Below are positions 1 through 9,101 of a DNA stretch of 64,000 bases, piece by piece. Source of the stretch: an uncultured bacterium (GTDB lineage Bacteria > Acidobacteriota > Thermoanaerobaculia > Multivoradales > JAHZIX01); contig CBDUPA010000001.1 in the NCBI GenBank assembly GCA_965368975.1, forward strand, positions 128,001 through 192,000, read 5' to 3'. The notes beneath the pieces are model-generated. The model was not told the origin of the DNA, did not search any database, and was given only the letters and a program-made list of their open reading frames with translations. The translations under genes and the position numbers were made by a program. Positions within the stretch are counted from its first letter, which is position 1. The number at the start of each line of letters is the position of its first letter.

Positions 1-83
1 CGACCGGTGGCTTCCTGGTAGATATCATCCTCGAGGAGCTCGAGAGCGAGTACAGCATCATCAGCCTGTCGCTGAGCTTCTGA
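1..83 (+). CDS. 3' end of a truncated upstream gene, possibly an outer-membrane beta-barrel protein
   Basis: Frame from position 3 reads TGGFLVDIILEELESEYSIISLSLSF*. It ends in alternating residues and a terminal Phe (beta-signal-like), followed by the hairpin CCCGC-TTC-GCGGG. Confidence 0.4.
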   Translation, partial: TGGFLVDIILEELESEYSIISLSLSF

Positions 84-230
84 GTCGGTTCCCGCTTCGC
101 GGGCTTGCCGAGCAAGGTCAGCGCGGAGGTCACCCTAGGGTGTCCTCCGCGTTTGTCGTTTCAGGGCCGATTCCGGGAGTCGTGACAGCGTTCATTCATC
201 CAATGCATTCCTTCGGGAGGGATCGACTCC

Positions 231-2681
231 ATGGAAACCCTACTCCAGGACCTTCGCTTCACCTGGCGCCAGCAGCTGCGCAATCCGGCCTTCTTCTTGG
301 TGGCCGTCCTGACCCTGGCTCTCGGAATTGGCGCGACGACCGCCATCTTCACCGTCGTCAACGCCATCATCCTGCGGCCCCTGCCGTATCCGCAGCCCGA
401 CCGACTGGTCCAGGTCTACGAGGAACATCCTGGGCGAGGTTTGCAGTACTTCTCGGTCTCGGCGGCCAACTACGCCGACTGGCGAAGGTTGAACGATTCG
501 TTCGAGTCGATGGCCGCGTACTCGCTCTACGACAAGAACGGCTTCACTCTCACGAGCGGTGAGCAGCCCGAGCCGGTCGTCAGTGTCGGGGTTACCGGCG
601 AGTTCTTCCAGCTCTTCGGCGTGGCCCCTCTACTCGGGCGCACCTTTGTTCCGGAAGAAGATCGTCCGGGCAACGACCGCGTCACGGTGCTGGCGTACGA
701 TTTCTGGCAGCGTCGTTTCGGTGGCGATCCCGATGTTGTGAACAACCGGGTCGAGCTGGACCGCGAAAGCTACGAAGTGATCGGCATCATGCCGGCTCAG
801 TTCCGTTTTCCCGCCGCACCTGAGGTCGATCTCTGGGTGCCCTTGGGGTTGCCGCCGGAGGCCTGGCAGAGCCGGACAATCCGGCCGCTCAACGTCCAGG
901 CACGCCTCAAGGTGGGGGTCTCGTTGTCGCAAGCGCGGCAGGAGATGAAGCGCATCGCTGACAACCTGCGAACCCAGTACCCCGCTGCCAATGAAGGGTT
1001 CACCGCCGACGTCTATCGCATGCAAGACCGCATGGTGAGCAATGCGAGGACGCTACTGTTGGTGCTTGCCGGTAGTGTCGTGCTGGTGCTGTTGATCGCC
1101 TGCGTCAACGTCGCGAACTTGCTGCTCGCACGTGGAGCGGTACGGCAACGGGAGCTTGGATTGCGCTTGGCACTGGGAGCCGGCGTCCGTCGCCTGCTAC
1201 GGCAGCTGCTCACGGAAGGCGTCGTGCTGGCTCTGTGCGGCGGTTTGCTGGGGTTGATGCTGGCGCATGTGTTGGTGCGCTTGATGGTCACCCGTACCGG
1301 GGCCTACCTGCCGCGTGCCGACGAAATCGCGATCGATCCCACGGTTCTGCTCTTTGCGCTGCTGCTGGCCCTGGTCACCGGTGTCGTGTTCAGTCTTGTA
1401 CCGGCGCTACAGACGGTGATGGCCATCCGGCTCACCGAAGTCGTGGGCGAAGGAGGTCGCAGCGGTACATCTGGGCGCTCGCAGGCCTGGTTGCGCAAGG
1501 GCCTGGTGATCGTCGAGTTGACCCTTGCCCTGGTGCTCTTGATCGGTGCCAGCCTCATGTTGCGCAGCTTTGGCCAGTTGCAGCAGGTCGATCCTGGCTT
1601 CGAGCCCGATTCCATCCTGTCGTTCCAGATCACCTTGCCAGGAGCCAAGTATCGCAGCCCGAGCGAGCAGAACTCCTTTGTTCGACAACTCGTCGAGCGG
1701 CTAGAAGGCCTGCCCGGCGTCGAGCGCGCTGCGACGATCAATCGTCTGCCCTTGAGCAGCCTGCCCTTCCTCTGGGACTTCTTCGAAGAGGGCTCGCCAC
1801 CGGCCTCCCTCGATCAGGTGCAGCTGGCAGACTTTCGAAATGCTTCCTCGGCCTACTTCGAGGCTCTCGGAATCCCCGTGGTGCAGGGCCGCGGCTTCAG
1901 CGATCAAGATCGCGAGGGAGCGGTGCCGGTGCTCGTGATCAACGAGGCGATGCAGCGTCAGTTCTGGCCTGATGGAGCCGTTCTCGGTAAGCGGCTGGAG
2001 ATCGGCAACCTGGTGGCCGAGCAGCTGCCTGGCTTACCGATGACTGTCGAGATCGTCGGTGTGGTGGGTGATGTGCACCAGTTCCAGCTCAGTCAGCCAC
2101 CGACTCCACTGATGTACCTGCCCTTCGAGCAGTACCCGTTCGCCACCTTCTTTGTGGCCCTGGAAACCCGCGGTGCTCCGAAGCAGGCATTGTCCGCGGT
2201 GCGCGGCGCAGTGCGTGAACTCGATCCATTCGTGCCGCTGTCCGACGTGCAGACCCTGGAAGAGCGGGTCGACGGTTCCATCTCAGGGCAGCGCCTGGGG
2301 ATCTATCTCCTGGGAGGATTTGCGGCGGTGGCCTTGTTCCTGGCCGCGGTCGGCATCTACGGCGTGATTTCCTACTCGGTGGCGCAGCGCACGAAAGAAA
2401 TGGGAATCCGCACGGCCCTCGGTGCTGAACCTGCCGGTCTAACGCGCCTTGTCGTGGGGCAAGGGTTGCGGCTGGCGGCCTACGGCCTGGGCTTGGGCCT
2501 GCTCCTGGCTGCCGTGGCCAGCGGTCTGTTGCGCAGCTTGCTGTTCGGCGTCAGTGGCTTCGATCCTCTGGCTTTCGCGGCCAGTGCACTGATCCTGGCC
2601 GCGGTCGCAGCACTCGCCTGTCTGGTACCGGCGCTGAGAGCGGCCCGCGTCGACCCGATGGTCGCGCTGCGCTCGGAGTGA
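231..2681 (+). CDS. ABC transporter permease, ADOP type (duplicated MacB periplasmic core + FtsX)
   Basis: METLLQDLRF...LTLALGIGATTAIF start, LLIACVNVANLLLAR, second half GIYGVISYSVAQRTKEMGIRTALGA, end PALRAARVDPMVALRSE. No ATPase gene adjacent. Confidence 0.92.
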   Translation: METLLQDLRFTWRQQLRNPAFFLVAVLTLALGIGATTAIFTVVNAIILRPLPYPQPDRLVQVYEEHPGRGLQYFSVSAANYADWRRLNDSFESMAAYSLYDKNGFTLTSGEQPEPVVSVGVTGEFFQLFGVAPLLGRTFVPEEDRPGNDRVTVLAYDFWQRRFGGDPDVVNNRVELDRESYEVIGIMPAQFRFPAAPEVDLWVPLGLPPEAWQSRTIRPLNVQARLKVGVSLSQARQEMKRIADNLRTQYPAANEGFTADVYRMQDRMVSNARTLLLVLAGSVVLVLLIACVNVANLLLARGAVRQRELGLRLALGAGVRRLLRQLLTEGVVLALCGGLLGLMLAHVLVRLMVTRTGAYLPRADEIAIDPTVLLFALLLALVTGVVFSLVPALQTVMAIRLTEVVGEGGRSGTSGRSQAWLRKGLVIVELTLALVLLIGASLMLRSFGQLQQVDPGFEPDSILSFQITLPGAKYRSPSEQNSFVRQLVERLEGLPGVERAATINRLPLSSLPFLWDFFEEGSPPASLDQVQLADFRNASSAYFEALGIPVVQGRGFSDQDREGAVPVLVINEAMQRQFWPDGAVLGKRLEIGNLVAEQLPGLPMTVEIVGVVGDVHQFQLSQPPTPLMYLPFEQYPFATFFVALETRGAPKQALSAVRGAVRELDPFVPLSDVQTLEERVDGSISGQRLGIYLLGGFAAVALFLAAVGIYGVISYSVAQRTKEMGIRTALGAEPAGLTRLVVGQGLRLAAYGLGLGLLLAAVASGLLRSLLFGVSGFDPLAFAASALILAAVAALACLVPALRAARVDPMVALRSE

Positions 2682-2765
2682 TGTCCAGCATGACACGTTC
2701 GACACTTCCTGCTATCATGCTCAACGCAAGGAATATGATGGTGACATTGCTATATCCAAACCCAC

Positions 2766-2883
2766 CTTCCGCACGGCCGAGAGAGCACGCGAAGCCTCTC
2801 TCGGAGCGCTGGCATCAGGCGGAAGAGTACCGGCATCGAATGCATCCGCATTCCATGCCCACGGCTCGCTTCAAGGAGTGAGC
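2766..2883 (+). promoter_or_regulatory. Structured 5' leader or ncRNA candidate (multiple stems, SD sequestered)
   Basis: Pairings 2766-2772/2819-2825, 2777-2785/2796-2804, 2832-2843/2848-2859 and 2864-2870/2877-2883. The last hairpin contains AAGGAG. Confidence 0.35.
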
Positions 2884-2890
2884 GCAGACT

Positions 2891-3694
2891 GTGCCTGCAG
2901 CTCGAAGCGTCATGAAACCCAAGCGTCAAGACGAAGAGTTCTGCAAGCACACGTTCCACTCCTTTCTCGCCGATTTCTATCGCACCGACACTCTGTGCTG
3001 GGAAGCGGTCTCCCCCTGCCAGGAGCCGCCGGACTACTACCTGCGTATCCGCAATCAGCGCTACGCTGTTGAAGTGACGACGGTGATGGAACCGCCGTCG
3101 CCGAACCACTGGCAAGCGCCCGCGGCGGAGGAGTCACGGCTCTATCGCCTGGTCAAGCGGGTCGAGCGTCAGGCCGAACAGCGCGGTGTCATGCAAGGTG
3201 CCTATGTCGTCGAGGCTGGGCCGGTCGACAACTTTGGTTCCTGCCAGCGCAAGTTGCACCAAGCCTTGCACGAGTACATCTGGCGCACCCGCGAGCCGGT
3301 GGAAGCCCCACGCGTCGTGCTGCACCGCAGCCGGCGCAGCGAGTGGGCGATCCGCAAGTACGCGCGCTATCGCAACGTGATCAAGCTGGTGGCTCCCAGA
3401 GGTCTGGGCGACCACTGGCGCGACGAAGTGTGCTGCCGGCTACGCGAGCGCATCGAGGAGCGCCTCGATACCAAAGCCAAGAAACTGCAGAGCTTGTCAC
3501 TGCCGGTCATCTTGCTGCTTTTCGACCAGTACCACTACGCCCGCGGGTCCGCCTGGACCGAAGCCAGTTCAGCTCTCGATCTCGACCAATTCCACACCGT
3601 CGTGCGTATCTCCGATGGTGGCCGAGCTCAGATCCTGGCCTCGGCGCGATCGGATTGGAGTGGTGCAGGTCTGAGTGCTTGCGCGGGAGGGTGA
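2891..3694 (+). CDS. Hypothetical protein, possible PD-(D/E)xK nuclease-like fold (start GTG 2891 or ATG 2912)
   Basis: 267-aa ORF with GC-type codon usage. EPPDYYL...YAVEVT resembles the PD...ExK core. Confidence 0.55.
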   Translation: MPAARSVMKPKRQDEEFCKHTFHSFLADFYRTDTLCWEAVSPCQEPPDYYLRIRNQRYAVEVTTVMEPPSPNHWQAPAAEESRLYRLVKRVERQAEQRGVMQGAYVVEAGPVDNFGSCQRKLHQALHEYIWRTREPVEAPRVVLHRSRRSEWAIRKYARYRNVIKLVAPRGLGDHWRDEVCCRLRERIEERLDTKAKKLQSLSLPVILLLFDQYHYARGSAWTEASSALDLDQFHTVVRISDGGRAQILASARSDWSGAGLSACAGG

Positions 3695-3697
3695 GCG

Positions 3698-3955
3698 TCA
3701 GGTCTTGTCCGAGCCCGTATGCGGACAGCGCGGATCGATGCTGTGGGTGGGCTCTTCGAGCGTTTTAGTTGCAGGCGCGGCCGCAGGCGCGGTGCTCGGG
3801 GAGGTCTCGGGTTGTTGTGCCGGAGCTTCCGCGACGGGTACGTCCGATGGCAGGCCGGCGTCGGCTTCAGCGGGTGTCCAGGGCGTGATGTACCAGGAGA
3901 ACGCGACGGCCGCGACGGCGAGCAGGGCCATGATGTAGGAAAAGCGGTCGGACAT
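3698..3955 (-). CDS. Small membrane-anchored or exported hypothetical protein (85 aa)
   Basis: MSDRFSYIMALLAVAAVAFSWY hydrophobic segment followed by a Pro/Ala-rich tail. GGAG upstream. Confidence 0.55.
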   Translation of the reverse strand: MSDRFSYIMALLAVAAVAFSWYITPWTPAEADAGLPSDVPVAEAPAQQPETSPSTAPAAAPATKTLEEPTHSIDPRCPHTGSDKT

Positions 3956-4020
3956 GGTGGGCGTCTCCGTCGGCGAGGGGTGGCAGGGGCCGGTGGTGGG
4001 CCCGGCGGTGTTGCCAGTGA

Positions 4021-4045
4021 TACGCAGACGGAGCGCCGGGGTTGC
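4021..4045 (-). promoter_or_regulatory. Candidate ECF-sigma promoter
   Basis: Minus strand reads GCAAC-N16-CGTA upstream of the 85-aa gene (AAC/CGT ECF consensus). Confidence 0.35.
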
Positions 4046-4046
4046 G

Positions 4047-4757
4047 TCAAGCGGGATGTGACGCCGGCTCTTCCATCGGCACCAAGAGTAGCCGCAAGTC
4101 GAGCAGAGCGTGCAGGAGGATGGGCAACCACAGGCTTCCGGTGGCGAAGAAGAGGAAAGCGAAGAGGAGGCCGGCGCCGGCGGTCGAGAGGATGCCGACG
4201 ACTCCCTGGTAACCATGAGCCAGGCTGAAAATGCCGGCTGCCAGCACGATGCTCCACGGTAGGCCGAGAGAGCCACCGCCCAAGGACAGGTCGTCCAGGT
4301 AGCGGATGAGGAAGCTGCGGTAGACGATCTCCTCGCAGATGGCGGCGCTCAGGGAGACGGCAATCCACCAGCGGCGTTCGCGCAGGGTGACGGGTAGGAA
4401 GAAGCTGGTCTTGTCCATCTGCTGACGGATGGTTTGACGTAACTCGGCGTTGCCGCGCGCCTGCAAGAACGGAGTGCCGAGCACCGCCAGGACGACCAAG
4501 CCGAGTCCCCAGGCCCAACCGGCAGACGGGAGCCAGGAGCCGATGCGCTCCGGCTCGGGAGGTTGGGTCAGGCTGGAGAACGGCGTGGCGAGGCAGGCCA
4601 GGACCGTCAGGCCCCAAAGGACGGCGATGACGCGTTGATAGCTGCCGACCTTCGCCTGCGGGTTCTTGGAGCGCTTGAGGTGGCGAGTTTCGAAGTAGTC
4701 CCACACCGGCATGGCGATCGTCAGCAGCAGGAGCAACAAGTGGGGTAGGGTGCTCAT
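4047..4757 (-). CDS. CPBP/Abi (CAAX) family intramembrane glutamic endopeptidase
   Basis: Motifs EEIVYR, FSLAHGYQG and HALLD, with multiple TM helices. Start set at MSTLPH, which has AAGGAG upstream. Confidence 0.9.
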   Translation of the reverse strand: MSTLPHLLLLLLTIAMPVWDYFETRHLKRSKNPQAKVGSYQRVIAVLWGLTVLACLATPFSSLTQPPEPERIGSWLPSAGWAWGLGLVVLAVLGTPFLQARGNAELRQTIRQQMDKTSFFLPVTLRERRWWIAVSLSAAICEEIVYRSFLIRYLDDLSLGGGSLGLPWSIVLAAGIFSLAHGYQGVVGILSTAGAGLLFAFLFFATGSLWLPILLHALLDLRLLLVPMEEPASHPA

Positions 4758-4767
4758 GGGTTCTCCT

Positions 4768-6276
4768 TCAAGGTGTCTGCAGCTTCCAGGCCTTGGGCAG
4801 CCAGCTCTCGACCTCACCAGTCGCGGCGCGGTAGAGCCCGACGCCGACCATGGCGCTGTGGGTGCTGCTGTCGCCGCGGGTGAAGGTGTCGCGCAGCAGC
4901 ACTTGGCCGGGGAGAATCGCGCGCCGCTGAGTCTCGCTGATCTGGAACGTTTCTTTACGGAGATACCGCTGTGTTTGTTCCGGTTCCAGGTCGAGGACGT
5001 TGCGCGTTGCGGCATGGCCCAGGGACAGCACCATGCCGGTGGTCGGCTTGGGCCACTTCATGTGCACGTGCAGGAAGGGCATGCCGACGGCGTGCAGCTT
5101 GAGGCGACTGGGCGGGCGCAGATCACGCGTGGTGTAGCTGAGGAAGCGCTTGGCGGTCTGGAAGATCAGGAAGTCGTCGAAGGTCTCGGGCGGGATGTCG
5201 AAGTGGTTGATGTACGGCGCCAGGTGCGGCACCGCATCGACCACGGGTAGGCGGTCTACCGGATCGGCTTCGCCGGCCGGTTCGACGACCTCGTCGTCGC
5301 CGAAGTAGCCGGTCGGGGCCTTTTTCTCTAGCAACGCGACGTAGAAGCCGCCGGTGTTGTTGTGGTGCGGCCAGACGCGCAGCGTGCGTTGCAATTCGGG
5401 GTCGATCACTTCGCCCTGCCACTGGCCCAGACCGGGGGAGCCGTGCAGCCCCTCGACGCGCGCCGGCAGCACTTCCAGGCTCCCCGGGATGGCCTGGCGC
5501 AGCACCGCCTGGACGACCAGCTCGTTCTCCTCTGGCGCGTAGGTGCAGGTGGCGTAGGCGATGCGGCCACCGACTTTGCAGGCGGCGACGGCGCGGCGCA
5601 GGGTTCCGGTCTGGACGTCGCTCAGGCGCCCGGGAGGCATGCCGCTGCCGTCGACCGATGTCGGATGCTTGCGTGACGTGCCCTCGCAGCCGCAGGGGAC
5701 GTCGGCGAGCACGCGGTCGTAGGACTGCGGCGGTAGCTGCAGGCCGGTGGCGTCGTAGAGCAGGGCGGCGCAGTTGATCACGCCCAGACGTTCGAGGTTG
5801 GCGCGCAGCACGCCGATGCGTCCGAGGGAGCGCTCGTTGGCCACCACCGTGCCGGCGCGTCCGACCGCCAGACCGAGCTGGGCGGTCTTGTTGCCGGGGG
5901 CGGCGCACAGGTCGAGCACGCGCTCGCCGGGCTGAGGATCGAGCAGGTGGACCGGCAGCAACGAGACCTCTTCCTGCACGTGGTAGAGCCCGGCGACGTA
6001 CTCCAGCCGGCTACCGGGGCGGAAGTTGGCATCCAGGCGTAGAGCGTCAGGGTGCCAAGGCAGGCGACGGGCACGGATGCCGTCGGCCGCCAGGCGCTGC
6101 CGCAGGGTTTCGGCATCGATGCGCTCCGGGTGCGCCCAGACGGTGACCGGCAGGGGAGTGACGGCGGTCTCCAGGAAGGCGCGTGGATCGTCGACGATGT
6201 CGAGATAGCGCTCGAGGGCGACTGGGCGTGGGGGCGGCTCGGTGGTGGCGGCTGTTGGAGGAAATGCTTCGATCAT
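4768..6276 (-). CDS. RsmB/RsmF (NOL1/NOP2/Sun) RNA m5C methyltransferase
   Basis: VLDLCAAPGNKT (SAM binding), DVPC (motif IV), YATCT (motif VI), GFYVALL, and an RsmF-like C-terminal extension. Confidence 0.9.
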   Translation of the reverse strand: MIEAFPPTAATTEPPPRPVALERYLDIVDDPRAFLETAVTPLPVTVWAHPERIDAETLRQRLAADGIRARRLPWHPDALRLDANFRPGSRLEYVAGLYHVQEEVSLLPVHLLDPQPGERVLDLCAAPGNKTAQLGLAVGRAGTVVANERSLGRIGVLRANLERLGVINCAALLYDATGLQLPPQSYDRVLADVPCGCEGTSRKHPTSVDGSGMPPGRLSDVQTGTLRRAVAACKVGGRIAYATCTYAPEENELVVQAVLRQAIPGSLEVLPARVEGLHGSPGLGQWQGEVIDPELQRTLRVWPHHNNTGGFYVALLEKKAPTGYFGDDEVVEPAGEADPVDRLPVVDAVPHLAPYINHFDIPPETFDDFLIFQTAKRFLSYTTRDLRPPSRLKLHAVGMPFLHVHMKWPKPTTGMVLSLGHAATRNVLDLEPEQTQRYLRKETFQISETQRRAILPGQVLLRDTFTRGDSSTHSAMVGVGLYRAATGEVESWLPKAWKLQTP

Positions 6277-6371
6277 GGTCGGCCGATACTCTCGCAAAGT
6301 CCGTCCCGGCGCCAGCACGTGAGTTCAGGGGAGGCGAAGTCGGAGCTGCGGCGGTGGTATCCTTGGGCTCA

Positions 6372-9101
6372 ATGGCCAACTCGCGTGACGCTCCTCCTCC
6401 CGAGCCTGCAGCGTCCGAGCGTCCGGAAGTCGAACCGACGACGCCGGAGCGCACCAGCTCGACCACCACTCTGCCGCTCGTCGGCCGGCAGCGGGTGATG
6501 CTCGGTGAGCAAGGACGGCTCGGCGGCCGAGCAGACGAGGGGCCGACCGGCTCCCTGCACCGGCGTCTCGAAGAGCGTCTGGCGCAGGAGCCGACGCCGA
6601 TACTCTGGCGCATGTCCGGCGACGGTCAGGCCGAGCGGGTACCCGAGCAGATCGGTCCGTACCGGATCGTCAGCCTGCTCGGCGAAGGCGGCATGGGGAC
6701 GGTCTACCTGGCCGAGCAGACCGAGCCGATCCGCCGCCAGGTCGCGATCAAGCTGATCCATCCCAACCTCATGGGACGCCAGGCGGTGTTGCGCTTCGAG
6801 GCCGAGCGGCAAGCGTTGGCCCGCATGCAGCACCCCAACATCGCCCAGGTGTTCGACGCCGGCACTACCGAGGACGGCTGTCCCTTCGTGGTCATGGAGG
6901 CACTCCAGGGCGAGCCCGTGACGGGCTACTGTGACCGTCGCAAGCTCGACCTACAGCAACGCCTGGACGTCTTCCGCCAGGTTTGCGCCGGTGTCCAGCA
7001 CGCGCACCAGAAGGGTGTGCTGCACCGCGATCTGAAGCCCTCCAACGTGTTGGTCGAAGAAGCCGACGACGGCCGGCCGCGGGTCAAGATCATCGACTTC
7101 GGTGTCGCCAAAGCGCTCGACGACCCACTGGTCGACGCTACCCAGCTGACCGGCGACCGCGTGGTCGGCACGCCGGCCTACCTGAGTCCAGAGTCGATCG
7201 ATATGCCCGAGCAGGGTGCCGACGTGCGTGCGGACGTCTATGCGCTCGGCGTCATTCTCTACCAGTTGCTCTGTGGCTGCCGGCCGTTCGAGCGCACTGC
7301 CGAAGGGCACGTCGAGTTTCTGTGGCGGATCGTCAAGGAGGAACCCAGGCGGCCGAGCGAGCGCTTCACGGCGTGCAGCCCCGAGCAGCAGGTACGCCTG
7401 GCGGCGGCGCGCGGCGAGGACGTGCGCGGCCTGCAGCGGCGGCTCGGACGGGAGCTCGACTGGGTGGCGATCAAGACCATCGCCAAAGAGCGCGAGCAGC
7501 GCTACGCTTCGGTGTCGGATCTCGATGCCGATATCGCCCGCTACCTGCGCGACGACCCCGTAGTCGCCGGTTCGCCGGGGCGTCTCTACCGCCTCGGCAA
7601 GCTGGTGCGGCGGCACAGGCTACTGGTTGCAGCGGCAGTGCTCTTGGTACTGACGCTGGTCGGTGGCATTGTCGCACGCACCTTGGAGGCGCAGCGCGCC
7701 AACCGCGAAGCGGCGGCGGCACGGCAGGCGGAAGAGGAAGCGCGCCGGGCCGAGGAGGAGACGCGCCAGGTGGTGAACTTCCTGACCGACATGTTCGAGG
7801 TCGCCGACCCGTCGCGCCGCACCCCCGAGCAACCGGTGACCGCGCGCGAGGTCCTGGATCGGGCGTCGCGCACCATTGACACCGACCTGCAGGATCAGCC
7901 GCGCGTGCGCCTCCGACTGCTGGCCACGCTTGCCGACGTCTACACCAGCCTCGGCGTCTCGGATCGGGCGCTGGAGCTGACCGAGTCGGCACTGGCCCTG
8001 GCCAGCGAGCGGTTCGATGCGCCGCAACCCGAGTACGCGCGCCTGGTGCAGGTGCATGCCATCGCCCTTTGGCAGCAAGGCCGGATCGAGGATGCCGAAG
8101 CCGCGTTCGAGGACTTTCTGCGCCTGGGCGAGGCGAGCCAGGATGAGCACGAGCTGGCCGATGCGCTGATGAACTTCGCCACCTTCTACTCGAACCAAGG
8201 ACAGTTCGAGCAGGCTGAGGAGATGTTCCGTCGTGGCTGGCAGCTGGAGGCCCGGAACGTCCCCGGAGGCGTCTTGCGCCACGTACGCCACATCTCCAAC
8301 TTCGGTGGTGTCCTGGCCCGCCGCGGCAAGCTCGATGAAGCGACCACAGTGCTCAGCGATGGCATCAGCTTCGCGGAACAACACCTGCGCCCCAATCACC
8401 CCCTGGTCGCGGCGCTCGCCAACAACCTTGGCAACGCCTACCTGACACTAGGCGATCTCGACGCCGCGATACCGCTCTACAAGCGAGCTATCGAGATCCG
8501 CGAAGAGCAACTAGGTCCCGAGGACATCTCCCTGGCTTCGACGCTCAGTAACCTGGCCAGCGCGCTGACCCGCTCAGAACGGTTCCAGGAAGCCGAGACC
8601 ATCTTTCGTCGCTCCCTCGCCATCCGCGAAGCTCACTTGGGGCCGGACCATCCTCGGGTCGCCTGGCTCTACCGTAACCTGGCGTCCAACCTCAACAACC
8701 AGGGGCGGACGGACGAAGCCGAGAGCCTTGGTCGCGAAGTGCTCGCCCGCATGCGCCGGGCGCTCGGTGAGGATCACACCGAGGTCGCGCAGTCCTGGCA
8801 TTTTCTCTGTATTGTCAAGCGCGAGAGTGGCGATCCGGTGGCGGCCGAGCCGCTGTGCCGCCGGGCGATCGAGATTCAGGAGGCGGTGCCGGGTGGCGAG
8901 AGCCCTCAGCTGGGACGCATGTGGCGCGAACTGGCCTGGACCTACGAGGATCTTGGGCGTGCCGAAGAGAGGCACGAGGCGCTGCTGCAATGTGAGGCGA
9001 TCTTTGCCCGTCATTTCCCCGAGGGCCATCCCGAGCTGACTGCGCTGCGTGAGGGACTGAACGTCCGTGAGGAGATGGGCGAGTTGGGGGCGGGGCCTTG
9101 A
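6372..9101 (+). CDS. Hanks-type Ser/Thr protein kinase with TM helix and C-terminal TPR repeats
   Basis: LGEGGMGTVY, VAIK, HRDLKPSN, DFG, GTPAYLSPE. TM segment LLVAAAVLLVLTLVGGIV. TPRs of the LGPDHP type. Start uncertain. Confidence 0.92.
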   Translation: MANSRDAPPPEPAASERPEVEPTTPERTSSTTTLPLVGRQRVMLGEQGRLGGRADEGPTGSLHRRLEERLAQEPTPILWRMSGDGQAERVPEQIGPYRIVSLLGEGGMGTVYLAEQTEPIRRQVAIKLIHPNLMGRQAVLRFEAERQALARMQHPNIAQVFDAGTTEDGCPFVVMEALQGEPVTGYCDRRKLDLQQRLDVFRQVCAGVQHAHQKGVLHRDLKPSNVLVEEADDGRPRVKIIDFGVAKALDDPLVDATQLTGDRVVGTPAYLSPESIDMPEQGADVRADVYALGVILYQLLCGCRPFERTAEGHVEFLWRIVKEEPRRPSERFTACSPEQQVRLAAARGEDVRGLQRRLGRELDWVAIKTIAKEREQRYASVSDLDADIARYLRDDPVVAGSPGRLYRLGKLVRRHRLLVAAAVLLVLTLVGGIVARTLEAQRANREAAAARQAEEEARRAEEETRQVVNFLTDMFEVADPSRRTPEQPVTAREVLDRASRTIDTDLQDQPRVRLRLLATLADVYTSLGVSDRALELTESALALASERFDAPQPEYARLVQVHAIALWQQGRIEDAEAAFEDFLRLGEASQDEHELADALMNFATFYSNQGQFEQAEEMFRRGWQLEARNVPGGVLRHVRHISNFGGVLARRGKLDEATTVLSDGISFAEQHLRPNHPLVAALANNLGNAYLTLGDLDAAIPLYKRAIEIREEQLGPEDISLASTLSNLASALTRSERFQEAETIFRRSLAIREAHLGPDHPRVAWLYRNLASNLNNQGRTDEAESLGREVLARMRRALGEDHTEVAQSWHFLCIVKRESGDPVAAEPLCRRAIEIQEAVPGGESPQLGRMWRELAWTYEDLGRAEERHEALLQCEAIFARHFPEGHPELTALREGLNVREEMGELGAGP

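Noticed and set aside
2678-2881. 67-aa ORF
   Set aside because: Atypical composition, and it overlaps the promoter-like zone and structured leader.
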